NCBI GenBank assembly: GCA_963823665.1
Contig: CAWGMQ010000004.1
Span: 1,696,001 to 1,760,000, forward strand
Length of the DNA stretch: 64,000 bases
Reading direction: 5' to 3'
Source: an uncultured Planctomycetota bacterium
GTDB taxonomy: Bacteria > Planctomycetota > Planctomycetia > Isosphaerales > Isosphaeraceae
Under the pieces are notes generated by a model. It made no database searches, was not told the DNA's origin, and was given only the letters and a program-made list of their open reading frames with translations. This document shows, piece after piece, positions 12,156-23,400 of the stretch (position 1 is its first letter; every line of letters starts with the position of its first letter). Position numbers and translations under genes: made by a program.

Positions 12156-12784
12156 TCTCGTATTGCCACACTATCCCTGGTCAGTGATTCGACTCTGACT
12201 CTTCGCGCTGAATCGGTCATGGCGTCGTCGCCGGCGCTCAAGCTGGCACTGGCAAGATCGGGCACGTCGAAACGCACGGCCTGCGTCGAGACCATGAAGA
12301 CATCACCTTTTTTGATTCCATATTTTTCGTCCAAGGCATTGTTCGCCGCAACGCGTACATCAAAAGGGCGATCCATGTTACGTGTGCCGATAAGCTGAGT
12401 CGTGGCCTTTTTCAGATCAATGCCCGCTTCTTCCGCGGCCTCACGAGTTGCCGCCTGAATGGCTGATTCGACGCCACCACCTTGAGTCGGATCGATAAAC
12501 CCGCCCGGCAAAGCTGGTTTTCCCATGCCTGGGTCATGCTTTCGATTGATCATCACGATGTATTCGCCATCCGTAATAATTGGATCCACGGCGTGAACGA
12601 CATGGGCATTGACGGTGTTTCCATCTGCTAACGTGATCTCCCCCAATGGGTGAGATGCTTTTTCGGGTGTTCCCGTGATTCCAAGTGCCTTCGCTCGTCT
12701 GGCAATTTCCAGACGTGCGGGGTCATTATCGTCGATCATCCAGCTCGTCATGAATGTTGCTCCTACACTGGGGGGGAAGGCCAT
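12092..12784 (-). CDS. NUDIX hydrolase
   Basis: ALPGGFID..ESAIQAATREAAEEAG Nudix box, AGDDA; start may be the second Met. Confidence 0.85.
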   Translation of the reverse strand: MAFPPSVGATFMTSWMIDDNDPARLEIARRAKALGITGTPEKASHPLGEITLADGNTVNAHVVHAVDPIITDGEYIVMINRKHDPGMGKPALPGGFIDPTQGGGVESAIQAATREAAEEAGIDLKKATTQLIGTRNMDRPFDVRVAANNALDEKYGIKKGDVFMVSTQAVRFDVPDLASASLSAGDDAMTDSARRVRVESLTRDSVAIRDHFDMITAAFPKGGAGELGGR

Positions 12785-12806
12785 GCGGGCTCTCCATCTT
12801 CGCCGG

Positions 12807-13180
12807 TTAATCGTGGACGACTACCATTTTACCGCCAGCCTGGTTGGCTTCCATGACGCGATGCGCCTCGCGGATCTCTTCGAAGCGGAAGATGCGAGAT
12901 GGCTTCGCTTCGAGGCGGCCTGCCGCCACGTCGTCGGCGATCTTCTGAAGCGGGAGGTCGGAGCGCGGGAAGCGTGGGGTGCCGAAGACGAAGCTGCCGA
13001 AGAACGTCAGGTAGATGCCGCTCGCCATCTGCAAGAGCGGGTTGAAGGCAGCGATCGGCGCGAGGCCGCCCAGCCAGCCGGCAAGGCAGGCGCGCCCGCC
13101 GCGGCGGAGCATCGCCAGCGAATCGATGATCGTGCTGTTGCCGACCAGGTCGAGCACCGCGTCGAGCTTCTTTGCCTCGG
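12807..13180 (-). pseudogene. C-terminal fragment of zinc-binding dehydrogenase/quinone oxidoreductase
   Basis: LDAVLDLVG..LRRGGR..FEEIREAHRVMEANQAGGKMVV; N-terminal domain absent, abuts hydrolase stop. Confidence 0.7.
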
Positions 13181-13189
13181 CAATCCGTG

Positions 13190-14044
13190 TCACGCTGAAA
13201 GGAACTCCCGGATCGCCGCGGCGATTGGCTCGGCGTGCGTTTCGAGCGCGAAGTGCCCGGTGTCGAAGAAGCGGATGTCGGCGTCCGGGATGTCGCGATT
13301 GAACGCCTCTGCGCCGGCAGGGAGGAAGAAGGGGTCGTTGCGGCCCCACACCGCCAGGAAGCGCGGGTGGTGCGTGCGGAAGTAGTCCTGGAAGGCCGGG
13401 TAGAGCGCCACGTTGCTCGCGTAATCGCGGAAGAGGTCGAGCTGGATCTCGTGCGCTCCCGGCCGCGTCAGGTAGAAGTCGTCGAGCGAATAGCCGTCGG
13501 GGGAAACGGCGGTCGCGTCGGGCACGCCGTGGGTATACTGCCAGAGTGTCGCCTCGGGGGTCAAGAAGGCGCAGAGCGCCTCCCGGTTGGCTGGCGACGG
13601 CTCCCGCCAATACGCACGGATGGGATTCCAGCCGTCGCTCAGGCCTTCCTCGTACGCGTTGCCGTTCTGGGAGATGATCGCGGCGATCCGTGTCGGGTGC
13701 CGCATCGCGATGCGGAAGCCAGTCGGGGCGCCGTAGTCGAAGACGTAGACGGCGAATCGGTCGAAGCCGACGAGCTCGGTGAAACGATCGATGACCCCGG
13801 CGAGACTGTCGAACGTGTAAGCGAACTTCTCCCGCGCGGGCATCGCCGTCCGGCCGAAGCCCGGAAGATCAGGTGCGACGATGTGAAAGCGGTCGGCCAG
13901 GCGCGGGAGCAGGTCGCGAAACATGTGGCTCGAGCTGGGAAAGCCGTGAAGCAGCAGCAGCTTGGGCGCGCCGGAATTCCCGGCTTCGCGATAGAACACG
14001 TCGAGCCCCTCGACGTCGATCGTGCGGTATCTCACGGTGGTCAT
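13190..14044 (-). CDS. Alpha/beta hydrolase (epoxide hydrolase-like)
   Basis: LLLHGFPSS, APDLPGFG, FDYGAP, GHFALE. Confidence 0.92.
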   Translation of the reverse strand: MTTVRYRTIDVEGLDVFYREAGNSGAPKLLLLHGFPSSSHMFRDLLPRLADRFHIVAPDLPGFGRTAMPAREKFAYTFDSLAGVIDRFTELVGFDRFAVYVFDYGAPTGFRIAMRHPTRIAAIISQNGNAYEEGLSDGWNPIRAYWREPSPANREALCAFLTPEATLWQYTHGVPDATAVSPDGYSLDDFYLTRPGAHEIQLDLFRDYASNVALYPAFQDYFRTHHPRFLAVWGRNDPFFLPAGAEAFNRDIPDADIRFFDTGHFALETHAEPIAAAIREFLSA

Positions 14045-14166
14045 GTCAACTCTCCTCGTGGATGATAATCGGTCAAGGCGAATCCCAGATCTTGATCGTC
14101 CAGTCGTGGCCGGCGGTCGCCATCAATTTACCGCGCCTCGTGATCGCCGGCTGTCGAAACCGGGGC

Positions 14167-15429
14167 TCACCTGCCGCCGATTGGAAGCGTCAGGAGGGGG
14201 CCGCCGGGTTTATCGGCCGATTCTTGAAGCGCGAACACCATCTCGAGGATTGCCAGGGTCGCTCGCGAGTTCACGTCGTTTGAGGCTATGTAGAACCAGT
14301 AACCTCGATAGGGAACTGCGACCTCCGCGTCGCGAGGGCGGTGCTTCTGTACGTGAACGAGGAAATTTCCCGCAGTGACGTGCGTCCAGTCGTACGGCTG
14401 ACCGTTCTGGTCGAGCGTCACCGGGGCTACTCCGGACGATACGTGCTCTTCGGGGACACACACGCCTCTGGAGAGAAACGTCATGATCTGCAGGACGGAT
14501 CGCAGATTCATATAGATCGTGTCGTTTTCCAGGGGCTTCGGCAGCTTTTGGTTAACCTCCTCGTTCAACTCCGACTTGATGCGATACTTGCTGAGCCCCG
14601 GGGTCAAGTGGAAGATCCGCGCGACCTCCTGCATCTCGGGTGAGTCGACGAACGGCGGCCGGATCCGGAGATACAGTCCCTTTTCACGCTTGAGCAACTT
14701 GACCCTCTCCTCCGGTTCAGCACGGTAGACATACCCGTCGCGGGCGGCGTCGAGCAGGTCGCGCCCCTTGACGGTGCTCTTGGCCATCGGGTCGGACGCG
14801 TCGTCGGATTCGTCGCCGGTTCCGAACGCCAGCTCGGTGCCGTCGCGGTCCCGCAGTGACGCCAGGAGCCGAATTCCTCTCACGAACGTCGCGTTGTCGT
14901 CGGGCACCTTGGGGAGCAGAGTCGTGGCCCGGTAGGCGTTGGACACATCGTTGATGTCGTTGATGGAGAATAATAACAGTTGCTCGAGGTTGGCGCCGCC
15001 GTTGACCACGATGAACAGATCAGCCGACAAGGGGGTCAATAGTGCCTTGGCGATCTCGCGTCCTTCTCGCGGGTGATAGCTCAGGGTCGGCGTGTCGCGG
15101 AGAGACATGTTGCCGAAGCCGAGGCTCGCCGGGGCATTTGTCTGGTTGCCGTAGCCGCCGAGATAATTGCCCCCACCGGCCACCTCGAACTGGCTGGTGA
15201 TATTTGGCAGGTCGATGAACACCGGAGAGTCGGCGTAGCGAAGGCGCACGATGTTGATCAAGAGTTGCTCATCGTTCGTGTCGCGGACGACTTCGTTGTA
15301 CCGCAGGCGCGTGTAGCGCACTGCTTTGGGGCCCAAGCAGCCGCTCATGCCGGCACACGCGGCAAGCACGATGACAAAATGCTGAAACGACCGGCGCCCT
15401 GGCGTCGGACGCCGACGCTGATCGTGCAT
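14167..15429 (-). CDS. Hypothetical lipoprotein
   Basis: 420-aa ORF, lipobox MSGC, EQLLINIVRLRY. Confidence 0.75.
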   Translation of the reverse strand: MHDQRRRPTPGRRSFQHFVIVLAACAGMSGCLGPKAVRYTRLRYNEVVRDTNDEQLLINIVRLRYADSPVFIDLPNITSQFEVAGGGNYLGGYGNQTNAPASLGFGNMSLRDTPTLSYHPREGREIAKALLTPLSADLFIVVNGGANLEQLLLFSINDINDVSNAYRATTLLPKVPDDNATFVRGIRLLASLRDRDGTELAFGTGDESDDASDPMAKSTVKGRDLLDAARDGYVYRAEPEERVKLLKREKGLYLRIRPPFVDSPEMQEVARIFHLTPGLSKYRIKSELNEEVNQKLPKPLENDTIYMNLRSVLQIMTFLSRGVCVPEEHVSSGVAPVTLDQNGQPYDWTHVTAGNFLVHVQKHRPRDAEVAVPYRGYWFYIASNDVNSRATLAILEMVFALQESADKPGGPLLTLPIGGR

Positions 15430-15577
15430 GAGAGTCTCTCAAATCCGTCAGGGAGTGCCCCTGCTCCTGCCTTACGCGCAGTGCCCAGGCGCGCTCTATC
15501 ATTGTTATCGGCGGCATAAACCCTAAACTTCACCAAATCGGAACACTCGCTCGAGAACTGCGGAACCGATTGGTTGT

Positions 15578-15814
15578 CCAGCTTGGATCGGTTGGCCTAC
15601 CTGGGCGGATACCTTGTCCACGCTCAAGGCGGGCTTGAATGGTTCTTATCCGGCTGTTACTTCCATGTGCCCCTGCGTCCGGGCACGGGCCTTGGACAGC
15701 TTGATCTGCACGTCATAGCCCAGGCGGATGATGAAGCGGAGCAGCCTGTCGGTCGAGAATCCATCGAGGCGGCCTCTGAGCAGTTCGGAAACCTTGGGCT
15801 GGCGGATGCCGAGC
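15578..15814 (-). repeat. Scaffold repeat A copy 1 (3' part of XRE/HTH_37 gene + downstream DNA)
   Basis: Aligns by eye with parts of 27743-28179 and 34491-35150. Confidence 0.85.
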
Positions 15815-15910
15815 TATCTGGCACCGTGTACCTTCATCAACCTCCACAGCAACACGCGGCAATCCCGCTGCGGATCGTCGTGGCAGTCAATTATTATCAT
15901 ACTCATAGCA

Positions 15911-16414
15911 TTACTTCGTTTTATTATGACATAAAAGTCCATTAGCGACGTAATTCTCATGAACGTCGTCGACGGACAGGTCGAACACCTCGAAGAGGCC
16001 CTCGACGGCTTCAAGCGAGCGGATCCGGACCAAGATGCCGTCGCCGTTCATCACGCGGTCGCCCAGCTTGATCGCCCCGGCTGGAACCCACTCGGTGGCG
16101 GTTCGCACGGGCTGGCCTGGAGTGACCAGCCACGACTGGTTCATACGGATACAGCGGGTGCTGGTCGAGGTCGCAACGTGCGTGATCTTTGCCCTCACCC
16201 GATCGTTCCCGGTTCGCAGTCGTATTGACAGCACTTCATCGCCGGGCCGCAGGTGCTCAACGGCGCGCTGGCCCTGCGGAGTATCGATGAGGCTCCCGGA
16301 CGGAACGCACGAGCTGCGTTTGCCCGGCACGGGCCAGTACTCTTTCGGGATCGCCTCGTGCAATTGCTCATTTCTCTCGGAACGAAGGAGCTGCAGATCG
16401 TGGTCATGCTCCAT
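15911..16414 (-). CDS. Hint (intein-like/BIL-type) domain protein
   Basis: SCVPSGSLIDTPQG..VEHLRPGDEV ... VFDLSVDDVHENYVANGLLCHN. Confidence 0.85.
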   Translation of the reverse strand: MEHDHDLQLLRSERNEQLHEAIPKEYWPVPGKRSSCVPSGSLIDTPQGQRAVEHLRPGDEVLSIRLRTGNDRVRAKITHVATSTSTRCIRMNQSWLVTPGQPVRTATEWVPAGAIKLGDRVMNGDGILVRIRSLEAVEGLFEVFDLSVDDVHENYVANGLLCHNKTK

Positions 16415-16866
16415 TATTTGCCGATGACCTCCTCATCGGCAAAATGGCTGCACTCGGCGGCAATGTCCTTGCTGCTGGAGTGGCTCACGACTGCGGCGGC
16501 AATGATTTCCTTGTCGATATTATTGATGATATAGGCATTATGTGCGTCGCCCTCGAGAAGAGCCTTCGAGATCTCCTCATGGCGCTTCCGCTGTTGAAGG
16601 AGGCCGATATCGTGATAGAGTATCGCCATCATGGCCAGGAATAACTCATAAGGATCGAGATGCGCGAGCGGTTTCGGGCCGACGAGGTGATCAAGGTTCT
16701 CTAGAACGCGGGTAATGTGTCCCCGGCCATGATTGTTCCCCCCGGGAAAGCCCGCCGCCCAGTGCTCGTACTCGATGCTCAGCAATCGATCCTTCATCAG
16801 ATCGAATTTCGTGATGAAGGGCTCCTTGAGGGCTCTCTCGATCCGGAGCCGCTTTGCGGTGGCCAT
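16414..16866 (-). CDS. HD-domain protein (HD-CE-like N-terminal part)
   Basis: NHGRGHITRV, YELFLAMMAILYHDIG, H, SH; TAATG overlap with Hint ORF. Confidence 0.75.
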   Translation of the reverse strand: MATAKRLRIERALKEPFITKFDLMKDRLLSIEYEHWAAGFPGGNNHGRGHITRVLENLDHLVGPKPLAHLDPYELFLAMMAILYHDIGLLQQRKRHEEISKALLEGDAHNAYIINNIDKEIIAAAVVSHSSSKDIAAECSHFADEEVIGK

Positions 16867-16939
16867 GGCATGATCCTCATTCCTGGGCGTCGACGGACGG
16901 CGCGAACGATCAGCTTAACAGGGGTTCTTCCGGGTTTGC

Positions 16940-17090
16940 AGTGGGTATGGGCCTTCGTCCCCTCGTAGGCCAGGGTTACGAGGGCCGGGGCCAGGTTGCG
17001 GATCACGGTGTAAACCGTGCTGTAGCTCGGCGGGCGTTCCGCGAGCTGTTTGGCGAGCGTGACAGCCTGGCTGGTTCTTTTGAAGGGTCG
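16940..17090 (-). pseudogene. TnsB/TniA-like (Mu-type) transposase fragment
   Basis: PPSYSTVYTVIRNLAPALVTLAYEGTKA resembles the pre-catalytic HTH segment. Confidence 0.55.
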
Positions 17091-17276
17091 GTGGGCCATT
17101 GGTTCCGATAGCACACTTCAGCGACAATAACGATGCGAGAAGATGTCTGTGCGTGCTGCGGCGATTCCGCGCAATTCGAACACGAGCACGTAACTCCCAA
17201 AAGCTTCGCACGGGTTGAATGGACCTACGCCGTCCTGACGAGCGGCCAAGTCAAATTGAAGAGGAGCGGAATGAAG

Positions 17277-17672
17277 ATGGCACGCAGCGTTTCGACGCAT
17301 CTCATGTTCGAGGGGGTTGCCGAGGAGGCGATGACTTTTTAGGTCTCGCTGTTTCGAGGGTCAGAGATCGTCAAGGTTGAGCGATACGGACCTGGGGAGC
17401 ATGGGGCGGAGGGCACCGTCAAGGTAGCGAACTTTACTCTCTGTGGGCGAGAGTTCATGTGCATCGACAGCCCGATCAAGCATGAGTTCACATTTACTCC
17501 GTCGATTTCGATATTTGTCGAATGCGAGAGCGACGCCGAAATCGAAGACGTGTTCGGCCGGCTTTTGTCCGGTGGGAACGTATTGATGCCGCTCGGCAAT
17601 TACGGGTTCAGCACAAAATTCGGCTGGTTGAAGGATCGGTTTGGTCCGTCGTGGCAACTGGACCTCTTATGA
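17277..17672 (+). pseudogene. VOC/PhnB-like protein, scaffold repeat B copy 1, nonsense codon
   Basis: TAG at 17340 where other copies have TAT; FTPSISIFVEC..FGWLKDRFGPSWQL. Confidence 0.85.
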
Positions 17673-17831
17673 ACATGGTGGAGATCGAGCGATCGGTGCG
17701 GCCGACGTCCGGTCACACGCGCGGCGCGGTCGGAGACCCGCGAACATTGTGCGACGGCATGGAAGTGCTGGGCGGACGGATAGTCATGGCCCCGTCGAGA
17801 CATCCGCTCGCGATCAGCGCGAACGGCATAC

Positions 17832-17867
17832 CCCTTCGCGGAGCGAAGGGCGACAATGGGCTCAGCG
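17832..17867 (+). repeat. REP-like hairpin CCCTTCGC-GGA-GCGAAGGG-CGACAATGG
   Basis: Perfect 8-bp stem; related copies at 50039, 50165 and split at 51418/53081. Confidence 0.8.
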
Positions 17868-17875
17868 GAAAGCCG

Positions 17876-20381
17876 TTACTTTTTGGAGAGGGCGCATTCG
17901 AGCTGGTCGGGAACTTGCAGGCTCAAGGTGGATAGTCTTTGCCTGAGTGCCCCGAGGTAGTCGAAGTTGAACTGCTGGGCGTCGGGTGCGTGCCAGAGAA
18001 TGCAGCGTTCCTTGTATTGCCAGTCGAGGTGGACGACCGCCATGCTCGCGTCCTGGTAGATCCAGATGGCAATCACCTTTCTTGAGGCCGCGTCTTTTGC
18101 GAGGGCAGAAGGCGTGAAGATCTCGATCTGCTTGCCCCCCTGCATGCCCTTCATGACCGCCCGAACGGACTGCCGGCTTCGGCCGATCGGGATGACCGCG
18201 AGCTCGTAAGGCCCGACAGGGATCGTCCGGTGAGGGACGGTGGGCCGCGTGGCGTTCTCCAGCGTTTCCATCGCCGCTTCCCACAGGGAGTGGAGGGTGT
18301 TCTGTGTGAACAGGAAAGGCTCGGCCGTGGCGAGCGGGACTGTCGGCTTGACGCGCGGGGCGTCGTCGTCGTCGTTTGACCGCTCGTCCCGGGGGATGAC
18401 GCCTCCGACGTAAAACGGGCGCTTCTCCTGAGTCACCGGGCTCTCGGTGGGACTCGCGTCGGTCTCGTCCTCGTCGAGGTGAGGGTCGTCGATGACGGTG
18501 AGGAGGTCCTCGTCGAGTTGTTCGGCGACGTCCAGCGGAATCGCGATGACCATCATCTTGTCGAGCTGGACGCCCGCCACGGGAACGTGGAGCAGCTTGC
18601 CGACCACGTAGTCCCAGATCGCTTCGTGCCGCGGCCGGAACGTGCGCTGCCAGTGTGCCCGTTCGATCAGCGGGTAAACGACCTCCGGCCAGAAGTCGGC
18701 GCTCGCCTTATCGAGGTGGTCGGATCGCATGGCGTAGCGAAGGACCGCCTGGCGGAATTCGTCCTCTTGCGCCAGACTTCCGTGAGGCGGTTCCACAGGG
18801 ACACGCGGTGCGCGTCCAGGGTGTCGCGGGGTGGGGCGATCGTCGCCAGATCGGCGAGAGTGCGGGGCATCATGCCGGGGTTGAGCACGCCCTTGACGTC
18901 GAGCATCTGGTTGCGCGCGTAGTCGCTGGCCTCCTGGAGCCGCTTGCGGACCTGGCGGAATCGCCTGCACTTGCCGTGCGTATCGCGGCTGGCCAGGTAC
19001 TTCATCACCACGACGGGGGTGAGTGCGCCGCGAACGTCGGGGCGGTCCTGGAGCAATAAGCTGGCGCGATCGATCGCTTCCTGGGTCGGCTCAGCGGACA
19101 TCAGCCAGGTCATCGCCAGCAGAAGCCGCGCGCGGTCCGAGTTCTTCGCGTCCAGTGGTCGTCTCAGAAAGATTCCCTGTCGCCGCGAGCCGCCCAGGAG
19201 GTACGCCAGGTAGTGACCGCAAAGGTAGCGCTCTTCCGGCGAGACGACGATCGGCGTGTCGATCACCTGCTCGTACATCTCGCGGGCCACCGACTGGCCG
19301 TACGACTCCAAAGACTTGCGCGGCCGGTTTTGAACGACGTGAGGGGACCTCTGGGAAGGGAGGGCGGCGGCCCCGTGGTGTCCGAGAACCGGTGATTCGG
19401 CGACGGAGAGTCCTTTGCTCCTGGGTCGATGGGCCCCGTGTCAACCCGCCCCGTCCCGTTCCTCGCGGCATGCTCACCGTGCAGGCTGCCCACGCTCGCC
19501 GTGCTGGACGGCGGCGAGTAAACAGGCATCCGCGGGTCCGATCGCTTGAGTCCGGGGTTGATCCGGTCGAGCCGCTGCGCGCGCTCGGCTTCCTCGAATA
19601 GCTCGAGTGCCACCACGTTGCCCGAGGCCGGCCGTTTGACCGGATTCTTCGCCAGGAGCGAGAGGATCAAGGTCTCCAGGGTCGACCAGATTTCGGGGTT
19701 CTTGACCCGGGGCGGAGTAGGCGTGGCGCTCTTGTGCTGGCCCATCACCGACAGCGCATCGCCGACGAACGGAAGGTCGCCCGTTGCGCATTCGTAGAGC
19801 ATCACGCCCACGGAGTACAGATCGGTGCGATGGTCGAGCGACGTGCCCCGGGCCTGTTCCGGGCTCATGTAACTGGGCGTTCCCCGGATCGTCCAGGTCT
19901 GGTCCTTTCCGTCGCCGGTGACAAGCGACAGCCCGAAGTCGGAGAGCTTCGCCTCGTCGGTCGGCGTGAGCAAGACGTTGCCCGGTTTGACGTCGCGGTG
20001 GATCACCCCGCGGATGTGTGCGTAGTCGAGCGCCTCGGCCACCTGTGCGCAGATCCGCAGGCGATCGTCCAGGCGCAGTTCTCGCAAACGCTTCGAGAAG
20101 CTCGGCCCGTTCACCTCCTCCATGACCAGGAAACAAGTTCCCTCCGACTCGCCGAGGTCGTACAGCCGCACGATATTGTCGTGAACCAGCCGGGCGAGAA
20201 TCTGGGCCTCGAGGCGGATCTGCTTGGCTTCGTTCTCGGTGCGGGAGTCAATCAGGAATTTGATGGCCACGTTCCTGCCGAGCAACTGGTCGGTCGCCCG
20301 GTAGACGGTGCCCATGCCGCCCTGGCCCAGCTCCTTTTCCAGGGTGAATCGCTCGTTGAGCGTCGCGCCAACGCCGATCAC
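17876..20381 (-). CDS. Ser/Thr protein kinase with long C-terminal region, two frameshifts
   Basis: LGQGGMG, VAIK, HRDVKPGN, DFG, YMSPE; continues in ORFs 18667-19311 and 17876-18970. Confidence 0.85.
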
Positions 20382-20437
20382 TGGAATATCCCCCGCGAGA
20401 GCAGAAGTTAAACGAAAGATGCGGTAGCCCTGTCAGG

Positions 20438-23400
20438 TCAACCTGGCATGATCCTTCGCGCGGTCGGCGAGATGGTGAACTCGGTGGAACCCGCCAGTAA
20501 TACACCGTCAGCGCTTGATACGCCAGTCGGCGGCGAGTTGATCACCGTGATTTGACCTCCCTTGGCGAACGTCTGTTTCCCCTTGATGGTCAAGGTGACG
20601 GAGTTGTTCGACGGGTTATAGGCCGCGTTGAATGCGACGCTCCTGAGTTTCTTGCCGGCCGCGGCGATCCTCGAATCCACCTTGTAATTGCCCATCGATT
20701 CGACCGACGCTGGACTCATCGCGGTGCTGAAATCGAGCACAAAGCCCTCGAGCACGGCCTTCCCGACCGGCTTGCCCTTCTTGTTCTTGTTCCGCATCGT
20801 CAGAACCTGCTCGCCGATAATCGTCGGAGTCAGAGGGACAGTCACGTTCAGAGAGTGGCGCGTGTCGGTGGAACCGAAGAAGTCGGCGGTCCCGTTGTAA
20901 ACAGCCTGGATGGTGTAGGTGCCTGGTGAAGTGCCGGCGGGCAGAGGGTAGCTGGCGCTGGCCGTGCCATTCGTGACATTGACGGTGACGGCCGAGCCGA
21001 TCAAGGTCGTGCCGCTCACGATCGTGAAAGTCTCGGTGCCCTCGTTGACCGTACCGGCTTCACTGGTCACGGTGGCGCTGAGAAGAACGGCCTGGCCGGT
21101 GGGGCTGAACAAGGCCGAAGTGCTCGCAGCGGACGTGGACGTGGCACCCGTCACGACGAGCGTCGTGCTGCCCGTGATCGTGCGGGTGACAGAGTCTGTC
21201 GCCGTGATCATGCGGTGCCCGGCCGTATTCAAGACAACCTGCGTGAAGGTGTGCGATCCGGCGTCGCCGGCGGTGAAGGTGTAGGTGGCCGGCAGGCCCG
21301 GTGATCCGGCCGTCGGTGCTGCTCGAGGTCCACCGTGCCCTCATACTGGTTGGGGCCGCTCTTGACGGCATTGTCGTACTTGTCCATCGCCGTGACGGTG
21401 ACCGCGCCCACCGTTCCGGCCGGGTCCGGGTTCGCGAAGCTGGTGGTCACCACGAAGTCGTCGGCCGCCGCCGGGTTCACCGTCTCCGTCTGGGTGGGTG
21501 AGGAACTCAGGGCGGTGTCGGCGGCGGTCAGGGTCGGCGTACCGGCCTTGGTGTCGCCGTAATAGAAGCTGGCAGTGCTCTCGCCGGCGCTGATGACGAC
21601 GCTGGTGATGGGGCTGGTGCTACTTTGGGTCGCATAGAGGACGCCGGCTGTGCTGGTCGTGCTCAGATTGATTGTCTGCGCGATGGTGGAGGTGGCGCCC
21701 GGGTTGCCATAGACGTCCTCGAGCTGCACGGTGACCTGGCCGCGGCTTCCGGCGATCAGGCTCAGCGCCGGGCTGGTAATCGTCATGTCGACGGCCGCTG
21801 CTGGGATGACGTTGACCGAGGCGTTGCCGGTAATCGTGCGGGTCATGGAGTCGGTCGCGGTGATCGTCTGACTGCCCGCCGTCTTCAGGACCACGTTGGT
21901 GAAGGTGTGCGATCCGGCGTCGGCGGGTGTGAAGGTATAGCTGGCCGGTAGGCCCGCGACCTGAATGTCGGTGCTGCTGAGGTTCACCGTGCGCTCATAC
22001 TGGTTCGGGCCACTGCCCACGACGTTGCCGTAGTGGTCCATCGCGGTTACCGTGACCGAGCCCGCGGTACCGGCGACGTCCGCGTTCGCGAAGGCGGTGG
22101 TAACCGCGAAGCCTTGAACGGTTGCCGGAACGACGTTGACCGTGGCGCTGCCGGTGATCGTGCTGGTGACGGAGTCCGTCGCAGTGATCGTCTGGCTGCC
22201 CGCCGTTTTCAGCGCGACGCCGGTGAAGGTGTGCGATCCGGCGTCAGCGGGGTGAAGGTATAGCTGGCCGGTAGGCCCGCGACGTGAATGTCGGTGCTGC
22301 TGAGGTTCACCGTGCGCTCATACTGGTTCGGGCCACTGCCCACGACGTTGCCGTAGTGGTCCATTGCGGTGACCGTGACTGTGCCCGCGGTACCGGCCAA
22401 GTCGGGGTTCGCGAAGCTGGTGGTGACCGCGAGGTCTTGAGCCGCTGCTGCGTCGACTGTCTCCCGCTGGGTCGGTGCGGAGTTGAAGGCGGTGTCGGCG
22501 GCGGTCACGGTCGGAGTGCCCGCCAGCGTGTCGCCGGAGTAGAAGGTGGCGCTGGTCTGGCCGGCAGGGATGCCGACGCTGGTGGTCGGGTCGGTGCTGC
22601 CTTGGGTTGCATAGAAGGCGCCTGCCGTGCTGGTGGTGCTCAGGCCGATCGTCTGGTAGCTGGTGGAAGTGGCTCCCGGGTTGTCGAAGGTGTCCAAGAG
22701 CTGCACGGTGATCTGCCCGCGGCCGCCCGCTGCGAGGGTCAGCGGCGCGCTGGTGATCGTCACCTGGCTGGCCACCGCCGGGCTGACGAAGATGGTCTGG
22801 GAAGTGGTCGAACTCACCCCGCTCGAGTCGGTGCTGAAACCGATATCCATGGTCTCGGCCTTGTCGTGCGACAGGCCACTGAACGTCGCCACCCCGTTGG
22901 CGAGTGTGACCGTCAGGTTGCTCCCCTGGAGACCGGCTGTGCCGGTATTGCCTGACGCCGCGGTCACTGTGTTCGTGCTGTCGCTGGTGATCACGTTGCC
23001 GTATTCGTCCTCTTCCTCGACGACCGGCTGAATCGTGAATAGCACGCCTGCGGTTGCCGCGGGCGATGGCTGCTGTGTGACAAACAACTGGCTGGCAGTC
23101 GCCGCCTCGACGGTGACCGCGGGGCTGGTGCCGGTGATCGTTTCGTTGGCCGAATCGGTGGCGGTGATCGTCTGGCTCCCCGCCGTCTCCAGGATCACGC
23201 CGGTGAATTCATGCGAACCGGCGTCGGCGGCGGTGAACTTGTAGGTGGCGGGCAAGCCAGCCACCTGGCCGTCGGTGCTGCTGAATTCCACCGCGCCCTC
23301 GTACTGGTTGGGACCGCTGCTGACGGGATTGTGGTTCGCGTCGAAAGCCATGACGGTGACCGTGGCGGCGGTACCGGCCACGTCTGGGTTCGCGAAGCTG

